NCBI GenBank assembly: GCA_963701965.1
Contig: OY969695.1
Location: 2,464,001 to 2,528,000 of the forward strand
Reading direction: 5' to 3'
From: an uncultured Gemmatimonadales bacterium
GTDB taxonomy: Bacteria; Gemmatimonadota; Gemmatimonadetes; Gemmatimonadales; Gemmatimonadaceae
DNA: 64,000 nucleotides
Below, piece by piece: positions 9,576-17,641 of the stretch; position 1 is the first letter of the stretch, and every line of letters starts with the position of its first letter. Both the position numbers and the translations under genes were made by a program. The notes beneath the pieces were generated by a model. It was not told where the DNA came from and did not search any database. It saw nothing but the letters and a program-made list of their open reading frames with translations.

Positions 9576-10607
9576 TTATCCGTCGCTCATGGTGCCTCGG
9601 GTGCTTGTTCCTCCTCGCGACGACGCGCGAATGACCATGGTGGTGGGCACGACGATCTGCTTTCGCTCGTGCCGATTCTTCTCTTCGATCGCGGTCAGCA
9701 GGGCCCGCATGGCCTGCGACCCGAGCGCGCTGTTCTCGACGTGCACCGACGTCAGGGCGGGACTCATGTACCGCGCCATCGGGATGTCATCGAATCCGCC
9801 GACGGCAATGTCGTCGGGCACGCGCAACCCCGCCTCGCGAAATCCGCTCAAGGCGCCGATGGCCATGGCATCGTTGGCTGCGAAGACGGCGTTGGGTCGC
9901 GGCGTGAGCCCGGCGAGGACTTGGGCCGCGGCGTATCCGCCCGCCTCGGTGAAGTCGCCCGGTATCTCCCATTCCTCCCGCCAGACCGCGCCGGCGTCGC
10001 GAAGGGTGGTGCGGTAACCGCGCAGCCGTTCGCGAGCATCGGCGTTGCGCGGTGACCCCGTGATAATCGCCACGCGGTCGCGGCCGGTAGCTAGCAAGTG
10101 CCGCACCATGGCTGAGCTACCGCCGAAATTGTCGACGCTGATTGCGTCGTAGGCCATCCCCTCGAACGCGCAATTCATGAGCACGACAGGAAGGCTCTCG
10201 GGGAGATTCGCCGCGAGCACGCGCTCGTCGAGATCGGGCGACATCACGATGAGCCCGTCGACGCGACCGCGCATCGCCCGCATCGCGGCCTCGACCCGCG
10301 CCTGCGTTTCGTGCGCGCTCGACAGGAGCACGTGATAGTTGTGCCGCTGCGCGGTCTGGTCGAGACCGCGGATGACTTCGGAAAAGAATTCGCCGTAGAG
10401 ATCGGGCAGCAGCACGCCGAGGACGTTCGACTTGGCGGTGATCAGACTGCGCGCGGCGCTGTTGGGCGTGTAGCGGAGCTCTCGGGCAACGTCGCGAATC
10501 CGCGCTCGCGTTTCCGCGTGCACCGGACCGCTATCGTTGAACACGCGAGAGACTGTTGCCACGGACACGCCGGCGGCCCGGGCGACATCGCGTATCGTAA
10601 CTGCCAT
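9576..10607 (-). CDS. LacI family transcriptional regulator
   Basis: VTIRDVARAAGVSVATVSRV HTH; FAANDAMAIG; VGGFDD. Confidence 0.97.
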   Translation of the reverse strand: MAVTIRDVARAAGVSVATVSRVFNDSGPVHAETRARIRDVARELRYTPNSAARSLITAKSNVLGVLLPDLYGEFFSEVIRGLDQTAQRHNYHVLLSSAHETQARVEAAMRAMRGRVDGLIVMSPDLDERVLAANLPESLPVVLMNCAFEGMAYDAISVDNFGGSSAMVRHLLATGRDRVAIITGSPRNADARERLRGYRTTLRDAGAVWREEWEIPGDFTEAGGYAAAQVLAGLTPRPNAVFAANDAMAIGALSGFREAGLRVPDDIAVGGFDDIPMARYMSPALTSVHVENSALGSQAMRALLTAIEEKNRHERKQIVVPTTMVIRASSRGGTSTRGTMSDG

Positions 10608-10610
10608 GCG

Positions 10611-10644
10611 TGAAAACGGTTACAGATCAGCGAAACGTTGTCAA
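10611..10644 (-). promoter_or_regulatory. Promoter (-35 TTGACA) with overlapping LacI-type operator
   Basis: TGTCAA at 10639-10644 (TTGACA on minus); imperfect palindrome TGAAAACGGTTACA at 10611-10624 with central CG, 3 nt from the lacI start. Confidence 0.7.
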
Positions 10645-10724
10645 GTGAGAGCGTGCTCTGCTACACGGAACGTCGCGTCACTTGGGACGCGCGCTTCAGC
10701 TCGCCTGCGTCGGAGCGACGTGGC

Positions 10725-11537
10725 TCAGTGCGAGAGCGAAAATACGAACGGCATTTCGACGAGCATCTTCGCGGGGCATCCGCCCACCGAAGCGGTGCGA
10801 AACTTCGCGGCGCTCAGAAACTTCCAGACGGACCGGGCGAAATTGCGATAGGTCGCGCGCTCGATATACATGGTACCGCGCATCGGGGTGCCACTCTCGT
10901 CGACGACAAAGATCGCCGTCACGGTATCCTGGACGTTGGCGCGGCGAGCCTCCTCTGGATAGTCCGGCGGGACATTGCCCGGCACCGTTCCCGTCGCCGC
11001 CACGTCGGTCCAGCGCGGCAGAGCAGTCTGGAGAAGCGGCGCGACCACGGCATCCTTCACAGGCACCGACCTGGTATTGGATGAGAGATACGCCGTCAGC
11101 CGCACGCGCGTGTGATGTCCCCCCGACTTTGGCAGAGGGAGAAAAAGATGGGCCGAGTCGGCGCGCCGCACGGCGTCGAGGATGGTGCTGTCGAACGCGT
11201 CCGAGAGCGACGACGCGAGACGGCCAACGTGGTCGATCGTCCCGTCGCGCCTGATGTCGAATTGCACGGTCGTGCTGGCCGCGAGAGACGCGGTGTCGCG
11301 GCCGGCGGGCTCGAATGACTGCACGCGCCACGGCTCGGTCAGGCGTATCGACTGCCGAACGACGACCAACACGGACTCCAAATACGTCGCGGGCAGCGGC
11401 TTTTCCGAGGGTGCGACGGTGAGACGCCCCACGATGAGCGCGGGCACGGTGTCGGCGGCCGGAGTCCGCTGACAGGTCGAGTCCTGCGCCGTCAGCCGAC
11501 CGGCGACCAGGACGAGCAGAAGAAACGGGTGACGCAT
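10725..11537 (-). CDS. Energy transducer TonB C-terminal domain protein (signal peptide, two TonB-C-like modules)
   Basis: VQFDIRRDGTI...FDSTILDAVRRA; PPDYPEEARRANVQDTVTAIFVVDESG...LVEMPFVF. Confidence 0.75.
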   Translation of the reverse strand: MRHPFLLLVLVAGRLTAQDSTCQRTPAADTVPALIVGRLTVAPSEKPLPATYLESVLVVVRQSIRLTEPWRVQSFEPAGRDTASLAASTTVQFDIRRDGTIDHVGRLASSLSDAFDSTILDAVRRADSAHLFLPLPKSGGHHTRVRLTAYLSSNTRSVPVKDAVVAPLLQTALPRWTDVAATGTVPGNVPPDYPEEARRANVQDTVTAIFVVDESGTPMRGTMYIERATYRNFARSVWKFLSAAKFRTASVGGCPAKMLVEMPFVFSLSH

Positions 11538-11589
11538 GGCGCACGAATATACATGAGTCCGCCCGCAGCGCGAGTTTAGTTTTGGTCAC

Positions 11590-14500
11590 ATGGCTCGCCG
11601 AACCAATGCGCTGACGCCGTTTCATCCGCTCGTCCAGCGCTGGTTCCGGGACACGCTCGGGAGCCCGAGCGCGCCGCAAGAGCGCGGCTGGCCCGCCATC
11701 GCGTTGGGCGAGCATACGCTGATTCTGGCGCCGACGGGCACCGGCAAGACGCTGGCGGCGTTTTTGTGGGAACTGAACGCGCTGATCGTCCGCGGGGCCG
11801 AGTCGCCCCTGCCGAACGCGGTCCAGATCCTCTACATCTCGCCCCTCAAGGCACTGGGCAATGATGTGCAGCGGAACCTCGACCGCCCGCTGGCCGACCT
11901 GCGCGCGCGATTCGCCGCGGCCGGCGAGACGTTTCCCGAGATCCGCGTCAATGTCCGGACGGGCGACACGTCGCCCTCGGCCCGCGCGCGGATGCTCCGG
12001 CGCACCCCGCACATTCTGATCACGACGCCCGAGTCCCTGCACATCTTGCTCACCACCGAGCGCGGCCGCACGATCTTCCCCGGCGTGCGCGCCGTCATCG
12101 TCGACGAGATTCACGCGGTCGCCGGCGGCAAGCGCGGCGCGCACCTCGCGCTCACGCTCGAGCGCCTCGATGCGCTGTGCCTCGGCGCCGGCTACAATGC
12201 GCCACAGCGGATCGGCCTCTCCGCCACGCAACGACCGCTCAATGAAGTCGCGCGCTTTCTCGGCGGCGCCGGCGATGACGGACGCTTTCGACCGGTCACC
12301 GTCGTGGACTGCGGACTCGTCAAGAAAATGGAGTTCACCGTGCAGTCGCCGGTGCCCGATCTCGGCGACGTCGGTGGGACGGTCTGGCCCGCCGTCACGG
12401 AGTTGCTCCTGGCGCGCATCCGCGAGGCCCGCACCACGCTCGTGTTCGTGAACAACCGCGGGCAGGCCGAGCGAGTGGCCGTGCGCATCAATGCGCTGGC
12501 CAACGAGGAGCCGGGCTCCGAGCTCGCCAGACCGTATCACGGGTCGCTGTCCAAAGAGCGACGCCTCGCGCTGGAGCGCGCGCTCAAGGCCGGCGAGCTC
12601 CGGGCGCTGGTCACCACCAGCGCGCTGGAGCTGGGCATCGACATCGGCTCCGTCGATCTCGTCGTCCAGATCCAAAGCCCCAAACGCGTCGCCGCCGCCG
12701 TGCAGCGCGCGGGCCGCGCCGGCCACTCGGTGGGCGACGTCAGTCGCGCGGTCTTCGTGCCGACGTTTCGCGATGACCTCATCGAGACGCTCGCCATCGT
12801 CGACGCGGCCCGGGAAGGCGACGTCGAGGCCACCGTCGTCCCGCAGAACGCGCTCGACGTGCTGGCGCAGGTCATCGTGGCCGTCACCTCCACGCCGATC
12901 GAGGGCACGACCGACGAAGCGCTGTATCAGCTCGTGCGCCGCGCCTACCCGTATCATCGCTTGCCCCGGGCGGCGTTCGATGAGACCCTCGCCATGCTCA
13001 GCGGCAAGTATCCGTCCGACGTGGCCGCCGAGCTGGAGCCGCGGCTCACGTGGGATCGCATCACCGGACGCGTCACGGGGTCGCGCGGCAGCCGCATGAC
13101 CGCGGTCATCTCCGGTGGCACCATCCCGGACCGGGGTCTCTATACTGTCAACCTTCCAGACCGCACGCGGCTCGGAGAGCTCGACGAGGAGTTCGTGCAC
13201 GAGTCGCGCGTCGGCGACGTGTTCCAACTCGGCTCCGCGACCTGGCGCATCGGGTCGATCGAGCACGATCGCGTCATCGTGACGCCGGCACCCGGCGCGC
13301 CGGCGCGGATGCCGTTCTGGCACGGCGAGTTCTCGACGCGCGGCGTCGCGGTCAGCCAGCGCGTCGGCGCGTTGCGCCGGGCGTTGACGGTGGCCGCGGA
13401 GACCGACGACGCCGCCTTCGCCGCCGCCAACGGCTGCGACGAGGCGTGCGCCCGCTCGGCGCGCGAATACATCGCGGCGCAACGCGCCGCGACCGGCATC
13501 GTCCCGGACGATCGCACGTTGGTGGTCGAGTGGTTCCGCGACGAAGTGGATTCGGTCCGCGTGGTGATCCATGCCAGCGTCGGCGGGCGCGTGACCGCGC
13601 CCTGGGGCATGGCATTGGCCCGGCGCGCGCGCGACCTCCTCGGCGTCAATGTCGCGGTGCAAACCAACGACGACGGCATCATGCTGCGCCTGCCGCCGCT
13701 CAACGGGCCGCCGCCCATCCGCGCGTTGCTGGCGCAGACGCCGGACGAGGTGGAGCGGGCCGTGCTCGACGAGGTGGGAACGACTCCGTTGTTCGGGGCG
13801 CGGTTCCGGATGAACGCGGCGCGCGCCCTCCTGCTGCCGCGGGGCACGGCGCGGCGGCGCATGCCCCTCTGGCTCCAACGACTCAAAGCCACCGATCTCC
13901 TGCAGGCCGTGCGGGCCTACCCCGAGTTTCCCATCCTCGTGGAGACCTATCGCGAAGTCCTGCGCAATGCGTTCGACATGGACGCGTTGACCGCTGTCGT
14001 CCGGGCGGTCGACGGCGGGCAGCTCGGGCTCCGCATCGTGGAGACGGACCGGCCGTCGCCCTTTGCGTCCGGGCTCTTGCTCGGCTTCGTGATGGACTGG
14101 TTGTACGCCGACGACACGCCGCGCGCCGAGCGGGCCGCGGCGCTGTTGGCCGTCGACCGGGGCATGCTCGACGACGTCATGGGAGTCGACGACACCGTCG
14201 ACGAGGCGACCATGCGGGCCATCGACAATGTGCTCGCCATGCGCCGGGGGACCGCGACCGGGCGGCAGGCGCGTACCGCGGACGAGTTGGCGCATCGGCT
14301 GGAGCGGGCCGGAGATCTGACGCGGGACGAGTTGGTCGCCCGGGAAGCGCCGGACTCGGGCGCACTGCGCGCGCTCCTCGCCTCGAGCCGCGTCGTCGTT
14401 GCCCGCGTCGGCGGGGACGGTAGCGACGGGAGCGCGGACGCCGAGCGGTATATCCTTGCCGAGTATCGCCCGCAATACGATACGGCGAGCGGCGGCGAAG

Positions 14501-16170
14501 GCGCGTCGATGCGCGCAGCGCGGCGAGAGATCCCGGCGCAGCCGGGATCAGTTCAACCGACTCTGGATCTCGCGTCGACGCGCGCAGCGCGACGAGAGAT
14601 CCCGGCGCAGCCGGGATCAGTTCAACCGACTCTGGATCTCGCGTCGACGCGCGCAGCGCGACGCGAGATTTTTGCTCGCTATCTCGCGCTCTCCGGCCCG
14701 GTGACGGTCAATGACGTAGCGGCACGCTATCCGTATCCGCGTCAGTGGATCGCCGCGCGCCTCGCCGAGTGGGAGCGCGCCGGCACGCTGGTGCGGGGCC
14801 GATTTCGGCCGGGCGTCGTCGAGCCGCAGTGGTGCTCCCGCCGCGTGGTGGACCGCGCGCGGCGGCGGGCGCTGGCGGCGCTCCGGGCCGAGATCGAAGC
14901 CACCGACCTCGCGACCTTCGCTGCGTTTCTCCAACGCTGGCAGCACATCGATCCCCGCGACCACCTCGATGGCGAGGCCGGCCTGGCGACGCTGCTGGAG
15001 CAGCTCGACGGTCTGGCCCGACCGGCCGCCGGCTGGGAGCGCGACTATCTCCCCTCCCGCCTCGCGCACTACGACCCCGCGTGGCTGGCGCGCCTCATGA
15101 GCGCGGGCACGCTCGTATGGGCCGGCGCGAACTTGGGCCGGATCCGGTTTTTCGAGCGCGGCGAAGGGGACCTCTGGTCCCGCGCCGTCGACGCGCCGCT
15201 ATCCGAGACCGCCGTCCAAGTGCGCGACACCCTCGCCCGCCTGGGCGCATCGTTCCTCGCCGATCTCGCGACAGAGACTGGCAAGACCCCCCTCAACGTC
15301 AAAGACGCGCTGCGGGAGCTGGTGGCGGCCGGCATCGCGACCAACGACACCGCCGAGGCCATGCGCGAGATCGTGCGGATGCCCGCGCTGCCGGGGCGCG
15401 CGCGGCGCGACGAGCCCGATCCCACGCGCTGGCTCCCCGCCGGCTTCACGCCGCGGCCCGTCGTGCAGCGTCGGGTCAGCGCCCGCCGGCTTCCCCGGTG
15501 GCAGCGCCCCGACCGTCCCGGCCGCGCCGCGGCCTCGGGTTGGATCGGCCGGTGGTCGTTGCTCGACACGCCCGGCACCCGCGGTCCCGCCCTCGACGAG
15601 GAGACCCGCGCGGCCGCGATCGCCGAGCGGTGGCTGGCGCGCTATGGCATCGTGACCCGCGACTGGTGGCGCCGCGAACGGCCTCCCGTGTCGTGGCGCG
15701 CGATCTATCGCGAGCTCCGGCGTCTCGAGCTCCGGGGCGAAGTCCGGCGCGGGTATTTCGTCACCGGCCTGGCCGGAGCGCAGTTCGCCGCGCCCGAGGC
15801 GGTCGAGCGGCTGCGCGCGGCCCGCGACGATCCCAATGCGCCGTTCGTGCTCATGGCCGCGAGCGACCCGGCCCATCCCGATGTCCTCCCGCGTCCCCGC
15901 GGCGCCAGCGCGCTCATCGTGACGCGGCGCGGGATCACGGTCATGACGGTCGAAGGCGCGGGACGGCGCGTGACCATCATGGCGCCGCTGACGGAGCCCG
16001 AAGTCGCCGGGATCGCCGCGCAGTTGGCGGCCCGACACCCGGGGCGGTCGGCGACGCGCGAGCTCGAGACCATCGACGGGCGCCCTGCGGCGACGAGTGC
16101 GCACGCGCCGGGGTTTCTGCGCGCGGGATTCCGGAACGACGGTCTCGCGCTCGCCTACCCGGTCGGTTGA
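11590..16170 (+). CDS. lhr: Lhr family ATP-dependent helicase
   Basis: APTGTGKTLAAF, YISPLKAL, TTPESL, VDEIH, GLSAT, LELGIDIG, QRAGRAGH; C-terminal LARYGIVTR and GEVRRGYFV. Confidence 0.95.
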   Translation: MARRTNALTPFHPLVQRWFRDTLGSPSAPQERGWPAIALGEHTLILAPTGTGKTLAAFLWELNALIVRGAESPLPNAVQILYISPLKALGNDVQRNLDRPLADLRARFAAAGETFPEIRVNVRTGDTSPSARARMLRRTPHILITTPESLHILLTTERGRTIFPGVRAVIVDEIHAVAGGKRGAHLALTLERLDALCLGAGYNAPQRIGLSATQRPLNEVARFLGGAGDDGRFRPVTVVDCGLVKKMEFTVQSPVPDLGDVGGTVWPAVTELLLARIREARTTLVFVNNRGQAERVAVRINALANEEPGSELARPYHGSLSKERRLALERALKAGELRALVTTSALELGIDIGSVDLVVQIQSPKRVAAAVQRAGRAGHSVGDVSRAVFVPTFRDDLIETLAIVDAAREGDVEATVVPQNALDVLAQVIVAVTSTPIEGTTDEALYQLVRRAYPYHRLPRAAFDETLAMLSGKYPSDVAAELEPRLTWDRITGRVTGSRGSRMTAVISGGTIPDRGLYTVNLPDRTRLGELDEEFVHESRVGDVFQLGSATWRIGSIEHDRVIVTPAPGAPARMPFWHGEFSTRGVAVSQRVGALRRALTVAAETDDAAFAAANGCDEACARSAREYIAAQRAATGIVPDDRTLVVEWFRDEVDSVRVVIHASVGGRVTAPWGMALARRARDLLGVNVAVQTNDDGIMLRLPPLNGPPPIRALLAQTPDEVERAVLDEVGTTPLFGARFRMNAARALLLPRGTARRRMPLWLQRLKATDLLQAVRAYPEFPILVETYREVLRNAFDMDALTAVVRAVDGGQLGLRIVETDRPSPFASGLLLGFVMDWLYADDTPRAERAAALLAVDRGMLDDVMGVDDTVDEATMRAIDNVLAMRRGTATGRQARTADELAHRLERAGDLTRDELVAREAPDSGALRALLASSRVVVARVGGDGSDGSADAERYILAEYRPQYDTASGGEGASMRAARREIPAQPGSVQPTLDLASTRAARREIPAQPGSVQPTLDLASTRAARREIFARYLALSGPVTVNDVAARYPYPRQWIAARLAEWERAGTLVRGRFRPGVVEPQWCSRRVVDRARRRALAALRAEIEATDLATFAAFLQRWQHIDPRDHLDGEAGLATLLEQLDGLARPAAGWERDYLPSRLAHYDPAWLARLMSAGTLVWAGANLGRIRFFERGEGDLWSRAVDAPLSETAVQVRDTLARLGASFLADLATETGKTPLNVKDALRELVAAGIATNDTAEAMREIVRMPALPGRARRDEPDPTRWLPAGFTPRPVVQRRVSARRLPRWQRPDRPGRAAASGWIGRWSLLDTPGTRGPALDEETRAAAIAERWLARYGIVTRDWWRRERPPVSWRAIYRELRRLELRGEVRRGYFVTGLAGAQFAAPEAVERLRAARDDPNAPFVLMAASDPAHPDVLPRPRGASALIVTRRGITVMTVEGAGRRVTIMAPLTEPEVAGIAAQLAARHPGRSATRELETIDGRPAATSAHAPGFLRAGFRNDGLALAYPVG
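14502..14669 (+). repeat. In-frame 69-bp tandem repeat (2 full copies + partial) containing a hairpin element
   Basis: Units start at 14502, 14571 and 14640; encode ASTRAARREIPAQPGSVQPTLDL x2; hairpin GATCCCGGC-GCA-GCCGGGATC. Confidence 0.97.
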
Positions 16171-16194
16171 ACCAGGCTCCGCCTGCGCGGAACT

Positions 16195-16683
16195 CTACGC
16201 GGGCGGGACGAGGTTGCCGCAGACGAGCGGCGGCGCGCCCGCCGGCGCCGACTCCACCCGCACGAAATACTGGCCGTTCGTCGGAAAGCCCAGTGGGATG
16301 ATGGCATAGTCCGACACCCTCCCCGTCGTGTCGGCCTCCAACAGTCGATACACGCTTGGGGGGCCGAACACGCCGAGGTCCCGGTCGCATTTGCCCTGGT
16401 GCACGCGCCAGGCGTATACGCCAGGGCTCGCGCGGCGCACGTCGATCCGCACGCGGATCGAGTGGTTGTCCGACGCGCCCGCCGCCATCCAGGCGATCCC
16501 ATACGGACCAGCGGTGGTGTCGCCGGCGGTGTCCTCCGGGGACCACAACGTCGCGTTCCAGCGCGTAGTCGAGGGGGGGTCCGGCTGCGGCGTGACCGCG
16601 TGCCGCGCACGGCGCATGAGTCCGCAGCCGAGACCGGACACCGATGCGACGAAAGCGATCCATGGGGGGCACAATCGGAACAT
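16195..16683 (-). CDS. Hypothetical lipoprotein (Cu/Zn-SOD- or CHRD-like small domain)
   Basis: Lipobox GLGC; WRVHQGKC...YFVRV...LVCGNL pattern; TAATAT box 8 nt upstream. Confidence 0.6.
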   Translation of the reverse strand: MFRLCPPWIAFVASVSGLGCGLMRRARHAVTPQPDPPSTTRWNATLWSPEDTAGDTTAGPYGIAWMAAGASDNHSIRVRIDVRRASPGVYAWRVHQGKCDRDLGVFGPPSVYRLLEADTTGRVSDYAIIPLGFPTNGQYFVRVESAPAGAPPLVCGNLVPPA

Positions 16684-16701
16684 GGGGAACAATATTACAG
16701 G

Positions 16702-17304
16702 GTGAGCGCCCGCCAATTCGACCGCGCGTATTTCGATCGCTGGTATCGCCACCCGGTGCATCGCGTGAAATCCGCAGGCGAGCTGTCGCGCGAAGTCGAG
16801 TTCGTGCTGCGCGCGACGGAACATATTCTCGGACGCGCCGTCCGGACGGTCCTCGACGTCGGCTGCGGCGAAGGCAACTGGTACCCGGTGCTAGCGGAGC
16901 GGCGTCCCGCGCTCCGCTACACGGGGGTCGACCCGAGCGAGTACGCGGTGCGCCAATGGACGGCGCGCCGCCACATCCGGCGCGGGTCGATCGGCGATCT
17001 CGGCCGCCTCGGTCTCGACGGCCCGTTCGACCTCATTATCTCGAGCGGCGTGTTGAACTACCTCACGCCCCGCGAGCTGACGCGCGGTTTGCGCGAGATC
17101 GCCGCGCTGCTCGGTGGCGTCGCCTATCTCGAGCTCTACACCGACGCGGACGCGGTGATCGGCGACACGCGCGACGCCCCGCGCCGCTCCGCGGCCTGGT
17201 ATCGCCGCGCGACGCGGCGCGCCGGCCTCGTCGCCTGCGGGCTCCATCTCTACGTCGGTTCGGAGATCGCGCCCGAGCTCGCGGAGCTGGAGCGGCCGCG
17301 GTAG
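16702..17304 (+). CDS. Class I SAM-dependent methyltransferase
   Basis: VLDVGCGEG, GVDPS, FDLIISSGVLNYL; GTG start. Confidence 0.88.
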   Translation: MSARQFDRAYFDRWYRHPVHRVKSAGELSREVEFVLRATEHILGRAVRTVLDVGCGEGNWYPVLAERRPALRYTGVDPSEYAVRQWTARRHIRRGSIGDLGRLGLDGPFDLIISSGVLNYLTPRELTRGLREIAALLGGVAYLELYTDADAVIGDTRDAPRRSAAWYRRATRRAGLVACGLHLYVGSEIAPELAELERPR

Positions 17305-17633
17305 GTCGCCTCCACGGCGAGAGCGGCCGCGCTCCAGGCGAGCGCCATCGGGAGCGCCAGCGTCACCACGATCGGCACCGCGGCCGGCGCGTGCAGGATC
17401 GCGCCCACGGTGTGCGCGAGGTTCGCCAGCGGGCCGCGCACGGCGTCGAACACCAACCATCCGCCCACCGCGAGGCACGCCGCCACGGCGCTCCGCGCCG
17501 CTGGCGCGCGGGCCGGGCCGACGCGCCACGCCCACACGAACGCGAAAGCCGGAATTGCCCACCATCCAGCCACTCGCACCGCGGCCGCGAAGACCGCGGT
17601 CAGGGCCACGACGTCGATGAGCGCGGCGAGCAT
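17250..17633 (-). CDS. Small hypothetical membrane protein
   Basis: MLAALIDVVALTAVF...; several hydrophobic segments; directly downstream of the acylase gene. Confidence 0.65.
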   Translation of the reverse strand: MLAALIDVVALTAVFAAAVRVAGWWAIPAFAFVWAWRVGPARAPAARSAVAACLAVGGWLVFDAVRGPLANLAHTVGAILHAPAAVPIVVTLALPMALAWSAAALAVEATYRGRSSSASSGAISEPT

Positions 17634-17641
17634 CGGTCGGA

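Noticed and set aside
10696..14475. 1259-aa minus-strand ORF and similar long ORFs (37831..40413, 42680..44908, 33211..34878, 7..1365)
   Set aside because: Antisense shadows of well-supported genes, expected in high-GC DNA; no recognisable motifs
14502..14669. Mini-CRISPR interpretation (three ~28-nt repeats, two ~41-nt spacers)
   Set aside because: Spacers are identical, the array is in frame within lhr, and there is no leader or cas gene
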